Shown here: one piece after another, positions 29,445-39,406 of the stretch
Position numbering within the stretch: position 1 is the stretch's first letter
Layout: every line of letters begins with the position of its first letter
IMG/VR virus record: IMGVR_UViG_3300009703_004110
Span: 248,001 to 312,000 of that record
Direction: 5' to 3' (one strand)
Length of the DNA stretch: 64,000 nt
Notes under the pieces: generated by a model
The model's database searches: none
Told to the model about the DNA's origin: nothing
What the model saw: the letters and a program-made list of their open reading frames with translations, nothing else
Made by a program: the position numbers and the translations under genes

Positions 29445-29792
29445 TTACAATGCTTTGCATATGAATCCTGACGGCATCTTTTCGTTTTTTAATGCAAACT
29501 TTAAAATTGCAATTATAGAGGCACGGAAAGAAGCGTGAGAACCTTTTGGTATTTCATCTATTATATAGAGCTGTTGCTCCGATCGTTTTAAATTATGAGC
29601 CCTTCCGCTTTCAAAAATAAAGGTATTATTTATGTAATCGTATTTACCTGTTGCGGTGATGACTCTTAATGACTTTGCATTTATTTTGGTAATTATAGCT
29701 GGATGATATGAGCAATTAGTTCTGCCCATAGCACCTTCAAGGTATAAGACTATATCACCTACTTGGATTTCTCTTCCAGTTACATCAGTCAT
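29445..29792 (-). CDS. Hypothetical SH3-like protein
   Basis: DVTGREIQVGDIVLY. Confidence 0.6.
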   Translation of the reverse strand: MTDVTGREIQVGDIVLYLEGAMGRTNCSYHPAIITKINAKSLRVITATGKYDYINNTFIFESGRAHNLKRSEQQLYIIDEIPKGSHASFRASIIAILKFALKNEKMPSGFICKAL

Positions 29793-29803
29793 GCTACTTC
29801 CTA

Positions 29804-29900
29804 TGGAGGCAGGCTGGGAGTCGAACCACGAGCAGCATAGGGTATGAACCTAGCCAGCCCAATCCCGAAGGATAACCGGGGCTATTAAGCTTTTCCTGCA
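29804..29900 (-). tRNA. Atypical tRNA(CAT)-like gene with an enlarged D arm
   Basis: TAGG-TTCATAC-CCTA, TTCGACT T loop, CCA; D region is a long hairpin with cUUCGg. Confidence 0.55.
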
Positions 29901-29926
29901 TGGAAGCGGGTGCCAGAATTGAACTG
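29901..29926 (-). pseudogene. tRNA 3' fragment
   Basis: CAGTTCAATTCTGGCACCCGCTTCCA only. Confidence 0.5.
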
Positions 29927-29941
29927 ATTCACCCACTATAA

Positions 29942-30553
29942 CTATTTAAAATTATACTTAGCCTTAATCTCCAAATCAAGAGACGGTATACGAATATGCT
30001 GAATCATTCCGTGACTCTTTGCTTCTTCAGGAGTCAGCCACCAATCTGCGTGACCGCGATTGTGAGTCTCGGTTAGAAAATGCTCTTCATCTTTGCCACA
30101 GTTTCTTGCCATTCTTCTGTATACAAGCTGGTTAAGTCTTTCGGTTTCTGCGGCACCAGCTTTTATTTCCTCAACCTTACCCCATTCCATACTTGAAACA
30201 TCATGAATTAAGACAGTACTATTGGGTCCGGCAAAACGCATACCATCCTGCCCACAAGTCAAGAGGATAGCTCCACAACTCATAGCCTTACCTTCAACAA
30301 TTGTTGCTACAGGCAAAGAGGCTGACTTAATACAATCCATCATAGCAAGCAAAGAATATACTTGGCCGCCATATGAGTCAATTACAATTGGGATAACAGG
30401 CTGCCCTGTGCCATGAGCCTCTTCCATACTTTCAGTAAATTTCTTAACCGCATCTTCATTAAATTTATTAACGCGGATAATTACCGGAGGTATAACCAAA
30501 TCTTTTGGCTTACGTACAGTTAAAAGAGGGTCAATCTTGCAGGTCGCTCTCAT
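29942..30553 (-). CDS. clpP: ClpP-like protease subunit
   Basis: IDSYGG, GKAMSCGA, VLIHD, WLTPEEA. Confidence 0.88.
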   Translation of the reverse strand: MRATCKIDPLLTVRKPKDLVIPPVIIRVNKFNEDAVKKFTESMEEAHGTGQPVIPIVIDSYGGQVYSLLAMMDCIKSASLPVATIVEGKAMSCGAILLTCGQDGMRFAGPNSTVLIHDVSSMEWGKVEEIKAGAAETERLNQLVYRRMARNCGKDEEHFLTETHNRGHADWWLTPEEAKSHGMIQHIRIPSLDLEIKAKYNFK

Positions 30554-31435
30554 CGCTTTCTCCCTTTGTATTTTCTGTCAAAGCTTGCTAATTTTTGCAA
30601 GTCAATATTGGCAGGAGAATTCCTCATCTTCCCGCCATCAATAAATAAGTCTAATGCCTGATCTCTAGTGATAATAGCCGTAGACTTATCATCTTTGCGC
30701 GGGCCCCATCCTAAGCGTAGAAGGAAGTTTAGCATAGCACCTGGATCGACTCCAGAGTCCATGTAACTAATCATAGATGCAGCACCGTCCCGTTTTACTT
30801 AACTTCTTCTTATCTTTAAACAGAAGGCCGGTATGGGCGTATTGCGGGACTTTAATTCCTGACATTGGAATAGTGCTCAAAAAATAATAAAGCACAATCT
30901 GCTTACCAGTATTCTTCTGGTGGTCAACACCGCGAATAACATAATTTACACCAATATCAAAGTCGATATCGTCACAGACATTGGCAAAGTTATATGTTGG
31001 CGATCCATTAGACTTAATTAAAACCATATTTGAAATATAATCAAAGTCTGATTGTCCAATCTTAATATCTCCAGCAATATTATCATGCCATGATTTGCAA
31101 GGAAAGTTGTCCCAATCCTGGAAATCTAAAACTACTGCTCCATCGTCTAATCGCTTTGCGAAACCGCCATCAATCAGACACTCTGCTACGTGCTGATAAA
31201 GATCGAATCGGTTACTCTGATAAACGAGCATATCATAGTCAAGACTGAGCCAGTCCATAACTTTTAAAATATCATCAACTTTGCTTTGATCATTTCTTGC
31301 AATATCTGTATCATCAATTCTTAAGATGAATTTTCCGTCTGTAGCCCGAGCTGCCAACCAATTAAAGTAAGCGGTACGAGCCGTCCCCATATGCATATCA
31401 CCCGTGGGGCTCGGTGCTATTCTTGTATTAAACAT
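30550..31435 (-). CDS. gltX: Catalytic-domain-only glutamyl-tRNA synthetase (GluQ-RS-like), split by one extra A at KLSK
   Basis: RIAPSPTG.MHMG, LRIDDTD, IRGVDH; reads KKLSK-RDGAAS if one A is removed. Confidence 0.85.
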
Positions 31436-31655
31436 GCCTACACTCATAATGAAAGTCATCCAAAGTCATAGCCTTATATTCTGTGAACTCCGAATCTTTA
31501 TTTAATTTATGTGCAGCCAATACAGCGGTATCTTCTTTAAAGGAAGGACCAGCAGTAATGCTCCATAAACCAGGGTCATTACTATAAGGATTGCGAGACC
31601 AGCTTGCTACAACCCATAGATCGTAAACGCTTACGTCAGCTTCAGGTATTTCCAT
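31428..31655 (-). CDS. Hypothetical protein
   Basis: ORF with SD. Confidence 0.55.
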   Translation of the reverse strand: MEIPEADVSVYDLWVVASWSRNPYSNDPGLWSITAGPSFKEDTAVLAAHKLNKDSEFTEYKAMTLDDFHYECRHV

Positions 31656-31844
31656 TACCGCCTCTCTATCTGAGTGTTATAGATCTGTTTTTATTTGAAT
31701 TAATTCCCATCTAGAGGCTCACGTCCTCTTACTCTTGCCTCTCACTGTGATCAAACAGTCCCGGGTGCTTTACTTCTATTAGATACGTCAGTCGGCATCT
31801 AAAGACCTTAAGCCGCTGGTAGCACCGAGGTTCGGTAATCAAAC

Positions 31845-31973
31845 ATGAATAAATATATTACAAAAAAATGTTTAAATTGTCAAAACGATTTTGACGCATT
31901 ATTAGAAATACTTTGTCCTACTTGCCATGACGAAGAACACTATCTGAAACAAGACGGCAGATTTAATAGATGA
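31845..31973 (+). pseudogene. Internally deleted HNH endonuclease remnant
   Basis: MNKYITKKCLNCQNDFDAL joined to LEILCPTCHDEEHY; matches both termini of the 19179 element. Confidence 0.65.
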
Positions 31974-31975
31974 TA

Positions 31976-32051
31976 TGGTAGCTCTGGTGGGAGTCGAACC
32001 CACACTGTAGCGGTTTTAAGCCGCTTGTCTCTGCCGTTGGACTACAGAGCC
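31976..32051 (-). tRNA. tRNA-Leu(TAA) with a short variable loop
   Basis: AGCGG-CTTAAAA-CCGCT; 76 nt; CCA. Confidence 0.88.
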
Positions 32052-32198
32052 ATAACGTACTTCTTACGTTACGAATAGATAAAAATCAAATTTCTACTCT
32101 ATTCATTACCTTCTTGTTTTTATTTTTAAGTTAAGGCGTAACTCATACTGAATTATACGGTAAGCCAAGGTTTTGCCGCCGAAGCGGCTGCGGAGAAC

Positions 32199-33548
32199 CT
32201 AAAGGGTCTTTAGCAGGCTATCAGACTCAGTGGCTTCCGCCACATCATTATCATCAAGCCTTTCAAAATCCGCATCAGGTACTTCTACATATCCCTGACC
32301 GATCATGCTTCTAGAAACTAGATCAATCTCCATTTCTCCGCCGCACCATTCGCAAGCCCTCTCTCCCGAGACATAATGGCTGCCGGTACTTTTCTGGCAG
32401 ACTTCACAGATGGTCGCATAAGCAAGAAGCTGATCATCACCGTTATTATCCATTGGCTCAGGATCAACTAAGGTAAGTTGTGAGCCACTGGACTTTGTAG
32501 TAGTAATTGAAGACTTAGACCACTTCTCTCTATTCTCCTTATTGATTTCTGTTTCAATCTGGCGAAGACTCTTTCCATCTCCATCCTTAATCAACCAGAA
32601 GTCTGGAGTACTAGAGCCAGGATATTCCCTATACTTAGGTAGCACTAACGGCTTATTGTAAGTAATAAGCTCTTGTCGATCCATCTTAATAGACATATGC
32701 CAGCCATCGGCACTCATCTTGGATCTTGGACCAAAGTAGTTTGAGCCGCCATTGTGACCAACTGAGGTCATACCAAACTGACGCATAGTAACGGCGCCCT
32801 TTAGAGGCTCATCAGCGCACTCAAATCTCCACATTGAAAACATTTTTTCACGCATTTCATCGCGCTTGCTTTCATCAGGAAACATCTTCTCCAGAGCTTC
32901 TTCGTTAGTAGTAGATCCGTCCACTAAGAAAAATGGGTTGCAGCCCAGAGAGGCAATAAACGGATGATAATCTTCAAAGCGCCTTGTGTTTCTTGGAACT
33001 AGAATCCTGCTAATTCCGAGTCCATAAGGTTCGATTAATTGATGTAATACAGTAAATGTATACTGCTGTTGCAATCCATCTTTGGTGCACATATCATTTA
33101 ACTTATACCACTCTCGGTCGTCTCTGTCCAGCTTCATTCCAAGCCAATGCTGCATATAATCATTGGTTGCATTATACGCACAACAGGCAACAGTTCTGTT
33201 CTTAGTAATTCTATGTGGAATGTCATTAATATCCATAGCGATGGCAGGAATATACCCTTTTCCGTGAGCATATTTCCATACCTCATCCTTCGGAGATAAC
33301 GTAACTTTCCAGTGGTCAAAATTACCACGTTCAAAAATCTCACCCATTTTATATTCGCTGAGAATCTTTATCTCTTCGAAATCGGGATCAGTTCTGTCCG
33401 TCATAACAATAGCGGCATATCCAGTCTTCTTTGGCGGGACATACTTCTTTGGCCTCGGTGTGTTACGAGAGGTGTTGCCATAATAGCCACCATACCCTCC
33501 ATATCCTCCGCCTGAGCTACCTTGTGATCTACCGTTATTCATCTTCAC
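32199..33548 (-). CDS. Hypothetical protein, possible papain-like Cys peptidase plus Zn ribbon
   Basis: VACCAYNA...VGH; CEVC/CEWC; Gly/Tyr-rich N-terminus. Confidence 0.5.
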   Translation of the reverse strand: MKMNNGRSQGSSGGGYGGYGGYYGNTSRNTPRPKKYVPPKKTGYAAIVMTDRTDPDFEEIKILSEYKMGEIFERGNFDHWKVTLSPKDEVWKYAHGKGYIPAIAMDINDIPHRITKNRTVACCAYNATNDYMQHWLGMKLDRDDREWYKLNDMCTKDGLQQQYTFTVLHQLIEPYGLGISRILVPRNTRRFEDYHPFIASLGCNPFFLVDGSTTNEEALEKMFPDESKRDEMREKMFSMWRFECADEPLKGAVTMRQFGMTSVGHNGGSNYFGPRSKMSADGWHMSIKMDRQELITYNKPLVLPKYREYPGSSTPDFWLIKDGDGKSLRQIETEINKENREKWSKSSITTTKSSGSQLTLVDPEPMDNNGDDQLLAYATICEVCQKSTGSHYVSGERACEWCGGEMEIDLVSRSMIGQGYVEVPDADFERLDDNDVAEATESDSLLKTL

Positions 33549-34266
33549 TCCCTACATGAACAGGAAAGAAATCATCATGGAGGAACATATCATCCATTTG
33601 CAACTGGCAACCATTAATGTCTATATTCCAACATGTCATAGTTCCTTCGTCCTCTGCGCCTTCAAGAATATTCCAAGGATCAAGTCCGAAAAAGAATCCA
33701 GCAGCCTTTGCAATACCCTGGACCAGCATAACTCCCGCAGTACGGTACTTATACATTTCACACGGAGGCTCTTTAATATCCTGCTCCTTCAAGGTACGTC
33801 CACCAACAACATCCGGTCGGAATGGAAAGGTATCAAAGTTGGGAGAGGCCCAATTGATAATTCCCTGTCCTTGCCTTGAGATACCTGTATGCATACAAGG
33901 TCCAGAAACTCCAGCTAATGCGAAGCCCCAAAGTAACTGACGAGTAGGAATGTTATCTACACAGTCAATAATCAGATCAGCGTCACTAAGCAGTTGCTTT
34001 GCATTAAAGGCCGTTAGCTTTTCAGTAACTGCCTCAGAAGTAATGCCAGGGTATGAACTGGCATAACGGGCACAAGTCTCAGCCTTCATAATTCCATCTT
34101 CTGCTTCAACGCCATCTACGTTTTGATTGGCCGCGTTTCTTCCTTCCCAGGTATCAAAATCAACGAACCTAAAGTTAGCTGATACGTCCTGAGAATAAAG
34201 AAGCTTCGGAATTTCATCAGCAACATGACTTCCAATGAAGCCACAACCAATTACTACAATATTCAT
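33535..34266 (-). CDS. ThiF/E1-like adenylyltransferase
   Basis: IGCGFIGS, VDFD...RN..NQ, KAE, DLIIDCVDN..TR, candidate catalytic Cys in EPPCE. Confidence 0.9.
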   Translation of the reverse strand: MNIVVIGCGFIGSHVADEIPKLLYSQDVSANFRFVDFDTWEGRNAANQNVDGVEAEDGIMKAETCARYASSYPGITSEAVTEKLTAFNAKQLLSDADLIIDCVDNIPTRQLLWGFALAGVSGPCMHTGISRQGQGIINWASPNFDTFPFRPDVVGGRTLKEQDIKEPPCEMYKYRTAGVMLVQGIAKAAGFFFGLDPWNILEGAEDEGTMTCWNIDINGCQLQMDDMFLHDDFFPVHVGSEDE

Positions 34267-34286
34267 TTATTTGCCTTGGTTAAATG

Positions 34287-35867
34287 TTATCGGCCCTGCA
34301 TGGCGCGCATCTTATTCAGAACTGCTGCCTTGCGGTCCTTCTTCTTTGACTTATTACCAAAGAATACAATTGGAGCTTCGGTGATCTGTAGATTGCATCG
34401 CTCTGCAAATGGTCCGGCAAGCCAATCCTCTAGTAACCAGTCGCCATTCTTCTGGTCGACTCTTCCTGTAGCCTTGGTCCACTTTGAAACTCTCTGACAC
34501 CAAGCGGACTGCTGCATACGCATATTACCATCCTCATCTTCGAACACTACAACGTATCCTCGCTGAGAACCTCTTACTCCAACAATGTTAGAGCCGTGAT
34601 ATGAAATAGCAATATTGAAATGAGTCCCCATCTTTCCGACACCGTAGGAATTCTTGTCCTTAACCCAGTCATGAATCTGGGCAGAGTCCTTAAATCTAAT
34701 TCCTACAGCCTCTGTGATCTTAAATCCAGGGAATCCTCGTGCAGCAAGATAGTCGTTAATCTTGCGCTTGAATACAGGACCAGCCTCTTTGGACAGAAGC
34801 TCTCTTGTGTGCGCATTATACGCCTTCTTGTTTTCTACAAGGCGTGCCTGCATTAGAGTGTGTGCTTCTTCGGCTAATTGATCAGAGCGTACAAAGGCCC
34901 CTGTCTCAATATCATAAGCGAGAATATGAAGAACGGCCTCGTAGGATCCAGTGTGATTATCTTTCATAAATGACGGCCTACCAACAGCAAACATCGAATG
35001 ACTATGAGACTCCAAATGGATAAATAGATTTACAGCCAATTGGTCCGAACCCTTGATTGCAGGTAGCACAAACTTAGTTGCACTTACAAGCTTTCGGTTA
35101 GCACCAAGATAATAAATATAATTCTTCTGACTACCCCAATCGCCAGAAGTGACGCTGTACGCTTGAACGATAACTGGAATATATCGATTGTGCAAAACAG
35201 TATACTTAGCGTACTTATCATCTGCCTTCTCAGGTGCAGCCTCAAGAACTTTCCTGCCCTTCTTTACAGCCCTCTTTGGTAGCTCAATAAAGTCAAAGTT
35301 CTTAATTTCTTTCTGGATAGCCTTAAAGGCCGCAGACTTCTTGATTTCGGCTTCTGTCTCAACACCGTAAGGCATTACCTTCTTAAACTCAGACTGCATA
35401 ATTGTAGCAAGTTCCGAATTATCAGTTGTCACATGAGCATTCTCTTGATCGATCTTAGGGCAGCTAAGAAGCTTGGGCAATCTGTCCATATAGATGCCTT
35501 TGCCGATAAACTTCTGACCGGTTCCTCGCATATACTTATAGATTCTTACCAAAGAGAACTTGCCAGCTTCAGGAAAGAATACGTATCTAAAGTTCTTTGC
35601 AGACTTCTTAATCATACTTGGAAGCTCATAAATACCGGGCTCATCAACTACGATACTCATACCCTCTCTAGAGGCGTCGCCAGGAAGACTTCCAAATGCC
35701 GCCGTGATTGGTGCGGGCATATAATAATAGCTATACCCACCTACATCAACATGCTGATAAGCATGAGCGTAGTGATTTGAATATCCATATCGATTCCTAC
35801 GTCGACGAACCGAATTAATATCTTCAAGTGAGGTTTGTAAAGACGCAATTACTTCTACCGTGTGCAT
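34287..35867 (-). CDS. Large hypothetical protein ending Gly-Arg
   Basis: 526-aa ORF; HSH motif. Confidence 0.75.
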   Translation of the reverse strand: MHTVEVIASLQTSLEDINSVRRRRNRYGYSNHYAHAYQHVDVGGYSYYYMPAPITAAFGSLPGDASREGMSIVVDEPGIYELPSMIKKSAKNFRYVFFPEAGKFSLVRIYKYMRGTGQKFIGKGIYMDRLPKLLSCPKIDQENAHVTTDNSELATIMQSEFKKVMPYGVETEAEIKKSAAFKAIQKEIKNFDFIELPKRAVKKGRKVLEAAPEKADDKYAKYTVLHNRYIPVIVQAYSVTSGDWGSQKNYIYYLGANRKLVSATKFVLPAIKGSDQLAVNLFIHLESHSHSMFAVGRPSFMKDNHTGSYEAVLHILAYDIETGAFVRSDQLAEEAHTLMQARLVENKKAYNAHTRELLSKEAGPVFKRKINDYLAARGFPGFKITEAVGIRFKDSAQIHDWVKDKNSYGVGKMGTHFNIAISYHGSNIVGVRGSQRGYVVVFEDEDGNMRMQQSAWCQRVSKWTKATGRVDQKNGDWLLEDWLAGPFAERCNLQITEAPIVFFGNKSKKKDRKAAVLNKMRAMQGR

Positions 35868-35909
35868 TATATACTCTCCTAAGTCTTAATTTAGTATCAT
35901 GCAAACATG

Positions 35910-35943
35910 AAACAGCGCAGGCTAACTAAAGTCTGCGCTGTTT
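35910..35943. terminator. Stem-loop downstream of the Ubl-like gene
   Basis: AAACAGCGCAG / CTGCGCTGTTT. Confidence 0.5.
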
Positions 35944-35978
35944 AAACAAAGTCCTGCTAAGTCGTTCTAAGGATCGGT

Positions 35979-36434
35979 TTATCGGCCCCAGGTACCCACG
36001 GCAGTAACGCGCCAGAAACGCTCGTCACCAACTTCCATAGGACCAGCGATGTTGATCGCATCCTGAGAGATAACGTAACCGTCACCCTGATCGGTGGTGT
36101 TGTAGACGTGACCCTTCGGGCGAGTATCTAGAACCCAACGAACAACAGACTCAGCTAGAGCTTCCGCAGGAGGAACCTGACCAGAGGCCAGATATTCAGC
36201 GGTAGCATCAGCGAAAGCACCCTGCATTCTTAGTGCAGCCTCCGGATCGCTTTCCAGCAACTTAGTAAAAGCAGCGGTATCAAACTCCGGTGCCGCAACC
36301 TTAACGCCACCTTTGACACCAAGATCCGCAACGGAAACCTGCTCATTAAGCTCCACGGTGGAGAGAGAATCCCTGCCGCGAAGTGTCAAACGAATAAGAA
36401 CCTTATCGGTATCAAGTACATGTAATTCAGCCAT
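35979..36434 (-). CDS. Putative ubiquitin-like (beta-grasp) protein with an insertion, C-terminus GTWG-R
   Basis: N-terminal IRLTL...VELNEQVSVADL; C-terminal PMEVGD...VTAVGTWGR; near the E1. Confidence 0.5.
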   Translation of the reverse strand: MAELHVLDTDKVLIRLTLRGRDSLSTVELNEQVSVADLGVKGGVKVAAPEFDTAAFTKLLESDPEAALRMQGAFADATAEYLASGQVPPAEALAESVVRWVLDTRPKGHVYNTTDQGDGYVISQDAINIAGPMEVGDERFWRVTAVGTWGR

Positions 36435-36466
36435 TTATTCTATCTCCTGATTGTTAATTAGACCGC

Positions 36467-36925
36467 TTATCGGCCCTTGTTTCGTCTCATTCTACGAGAC
36501 TCAAACTCTCTAAGTTTGCGCTCATATCGCGCCTCAAACATACTATTCCATGCCGCAGAAATCCTACTAAGAAATCCAACCGGCTCTGTCATATCAACGT
36601 CAAGATTTTCGGAACGTTCCATCCATCTATCAATTAATTTCTGGTCTGATGCCGACACCTCCTCTTCTACCGTATCAGGTAGACTTTCCGAAGCTGTCAT
36701 CCATCTTTCAATATCTGCCATATCAGACTGAGAAAGACCGGCCATTGGGTCCGTCTTAAGTCCTTCGTAATAAGCAAGAGTGTGCTCAGAACCATCGCCT
36801 AAAGCATCAGCTCTACTATTCAGTTCCTCACTGTACGAACCACTTGAGTTGGTTACGAACCTGTCGTATCTACTATATACGCTGTCCATAAGCCCGCGAA
36901 AACTGCCGCGTCCTTCCTCTTTCAT
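36467..36925 (-). CDS. Hypothetical protein ending Gly-Arg
   Basis: SD GAGG; internal DIERWM/LIDRWM repeat. Confidence 0.7.
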   Translation of the reverse strand: MKEEGRGSFRGLMDSVYSRYDRFVTNSSGSYSEELNSRADALGDGSEHTLAYYEGLKTDPMAGLSQSDMADIERWMTASESLPDTVEEEVSASDQKLIDRWMERSENLDVDMTEPVGFLSRISAAWNSMFEARYERKLREFESRRMRRNKGR

Positions 36926-37019
36926 TATTACCTCGCTTTATAATCGGTCGGCCTTTTCAACCTATTACCTACCGATTTTTCTTTTTATGACAAGCAATAC
37001 TCATGCTAATGAGTCTAGG

Positions 37020-37439
37020 CTATACTCTGTCGATGGTAACTGGTACATTACTTTTCTTGGCGATATTGATCGTCATATATGTTCCAGAGTACCTTGTCTT
37101 TCCGGTCCAAAAAGCGTGCATCTTATCTACTGATGAAACTATAAGTTCATTTCTAACCCTATAGTCATTCTTACCCTCAGAGCCTTTTGGGGCGTTTATT
37201 CTAACATCGCTGTTCTTGATTGATTCCCAATCAACAGCCTTCCTATTGTATGGTACAACTGCAATAACATACAGTCCGCTCTCTTTAGCTTTCTTGGCGA
37301 CCAAAGCATCGGCGCCTTCACATGCTCCGTGATATACAATAGCGTTATCCGGCAGAGACCTAATCCATGCCGTAATGGCATCATCTAATAACGGTGTGAC
37401 TGTTCTTGTTCCGGTCATACCAAACTTAGGCCGTATCAT
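37020..37439 (-). CDS. SLOG-superfamily (DprA/YspA-like) protein
   Basis: GMTGTR, HGACEGAD, YRVRNELIV, SGTYMTI. Confidence 0.8.
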   Translation of the reverse strand: MIRPKFGMTGTRTVTPLLDDAITAWIRSLPDNAIVYHGACEGADALVAKKAKESGLYVIAVVPYNRKAVDWESIKNSDVRINAPKGSEGKNDYRVRNELIVSSVDKMHAFWTGKTRYSGTYMTINIAKKSNVPVTIDRV

Positions 37440-37867
37440 AATACATCCAAATGATACACAAGCTCTTCCTGTAGCTTTTTTGGAATATTCGCATGGAATA
37501 TATCTTCTATCGGAATTTCTTCAAACCCAGGGGTTGACAGAGTATGTCCAGAAAATACAATTCCACTATTCTTCTTTTCTCTTAAGAGGTGTATTTTATC
37601 TGCTATATGATTATGGGCCAGCCACACTGACGTTCCTTTGATTTTGTATAAGCTTAACTTTAGAACCTGGTTTGGAAGTGCCCTATGTACTCTATGTATT
37701 TCCATAGGCTCACCCCAATTGGCATATCCGAAATCTTCTGAAACCTCATCAAACATATGTTTAATTATCTTTTGTTTTTCAAGGTTATTCAGAAGCTTCA
37801 ATTTATATCTCCAGTGGCAACCGCCCAGGGAACCGAATCCCCGCAGCCCCAGGGTTTGGAATCCCAA
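37436..37867 (-). CDS. Hypothetical protein, C-terminal-tag family
   Basis: Ends IPKKLQEELVYHLDVL. Confidence 0.65.
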   Translation of the reverse strand: MGFQTLGLRGFGSLGGCHWRYKLKLLNNLEKQKIIKHMFDEVSEDFGYANWGEPMEIHRVHRALPNQVLKLSLYKIKGTSVWLAHNHIADKIHLLREKKNSGIVFSGHTLSTPGFEEIPIEDIFHANIPKKLQEELVYHLDVL

Positions 37868-37897
37868 GTGTGTCCCAAAGCACAGCGGCTATATGCT

Positions 37898-38284
37898 TTA
37901 TACGAAGAGATCTAAATTAAACAGAAAAGTTTCTTTATCTTTTTCATCAATAATTTGCTCAAGAATATCCTGAGCATCTAATGATCCTTCCCTTAGCCCG
38001 CAGTCCTGCTCAACTATTACGTGATACCACCGAATTCGTCCACCTTCTCGAACCTCTATCCAAATAGAGGGATCGCTTTTAAGCTCAATAGAGAACTTTG
38101 TCAGATGCATATAGAACTCATATACAAGATCGTTTTCTGACATTAATTCATAATCAAGTTCTGTTTTCACTTTACTAGTGGAAACTCTGATACTTTTCGG
38201 ATTGAATAAGCCGGTATCAAAATACCGGCTTATCTTTTTAATCTTGCCACAGGCACTATGAAACTTGGCGTCCCATAGCATCAT
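37898..38284 (-). CDS. Hypothetical protein, C-terminal-tag family
   Basis: Ends KETFLFNLDLFV. Confidence 0.65.
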   Translation of the reverse strand: MMLWDAKFHSACGKIKKISRYFDTGLFNPKSIRVSTSKVKTELDYELMSENDLVYEFYMHLTKFSIELKSDPSIWIEVREGGRIRWYHVIVEQDCGLREGSLDAQDILEQIIDEKDKETFLFNLDLFV

Positions 38285-38790
38285 CGAGGGACGAAAGTTA
38301 ATGTCATAAAGCGTCCGCTCATTCTTGGCGGCTGGTCTACAACGGCAACGTCTTCCACTAACGCGATAAGATCATTGCATCTTTCACGTCCAATATCAAT
38401 GTGACGCATATCCGCACCCTTAAACTTCATAGCAACCTTAACTTGGTTTCCTTTGCTAATGAAGTTCTTAATTTGGTTAGCTCGGACGTTTAAGTCTCCG
38501 TCAGCTATCCTCGGACTCATGCGAACTTCTTTCATCTTAACCCTTGTTGAAGATGCCTTTGTTGCCTTTTGCTTCTTCTTTCGGTCATAGACGTGCTTGC
38601 CCCAATCCATAAGCTTGCACACCGGGACTTGTGCATCTGATACTCTTACCAAATCTAAGCTTCTATCTGCTGCTAATTTAATAGCATCATCACGTAGAAA
38701 CTCTCCCATCTTTTTTCCGTGCTCATCAATTACGAGCACCCTTCTTGCTTTAATGTTGTAATTGATTTGCTGAACATTTTTCTTGATCAA
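38281..38790 (-). CDS. infC: Translation initiation factor IF-3
   Basis: LDLVRVS...PVCKLMDWGK, KEVRMSP.I...D; probable TTG start after GGAG. Confidence 0.92.
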   Translation of the reverse strand: MIKKNVQQINYNIKARRVLVIDEHGKKMGEFLRDDAIKLAADRSLDLVRVSDAQVPVCKLMDWGKHVYDRKKKQKATKASSTRVKMKEVRMSPRIADGDLNVRANQIKNFISKGNQVKVAMKFKGADMRHIDIGRERCNDLIALVEDVAVVDQPPRMSGRFMTLTFVPR

Positions 38791-39275
38791 ACTGGATTCT
38801 CCCTGAGAATTGTTGAAATTGTTATGGCATACTGAGTGCCATCTTTCATTGGATACATACAATACTTTGGGCCCATTGAATATCCATTTGTACACTGTTG
38901 AACAATGATATCTCCCGGCCTAATTTCTTCTACCGTCTCATCAAATTTATATTGACAAGATTCGAAGTTTCCCATAACTAATGTTACGGACTCTCCGACA
39001 GTATTTCTTGAATCAATATGTGGTATTACATAGTCTCCAACCTCAAGCTTCCTGATTGTTACAGTATTAAAATTCTGCTCTATTTCTAAGATATCAATTA
39101 TAGCTGTGACAGCTTTGAAAACAAGTGGGTTAATATCTTCGTTGTCTTCATTATATCTAATAGCAGTATGTCTACCTTCCCAGCTTACACCAGTATATGT
39201 CAGGTCTTCTATTTTGGATATAACGTAATTTTGCTGTCTTGTGTTTAATTTGCTTCTTATAATTCTGTGCTTCAT
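38787..39275 (-). CDS. 2OG-Fe(II) oxygenase-like (DSBH) protein
   Basis: GDYVIPHID; second His not evident. Confidence 0.5.
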   Translation of the reverse strand: MKHRIIRSKLNTRQQNYVISKIEDLTYTGVSWEGRHTAIRYNEDNEDINPLVFKAVTAIIDILEIEQNFNTVTIRKLEVGDYVIPHIDSRNTVGESVTLVMGNFESCQYKFDETVEEIRPGDIIVQQCTNGYSMGPKYCMYPMKDGTQYAITISTILRENPV

Positions 39276-39406
39276 AAAATGTCCATTTGTATAATATTAG
39301 ATGTTAATTTTGCAGACCGATACATCGTATCCACTATGAATATTATACGTTTTTGAGAACACTTTTCCAATCCCACAACAGGATATTACCTTCCCGATTT
39401 TCTTTC

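Noticed and set aside
30785-30805. Programmed +1 frameshift in GluRS at the KLSK loop
   Set aside because: It is one extra A in an A run. Similar homopolymer indels occur near 57, 342-346, 20032-20038, 20074-20078 and 61735-61743, so consensus error is more likely.
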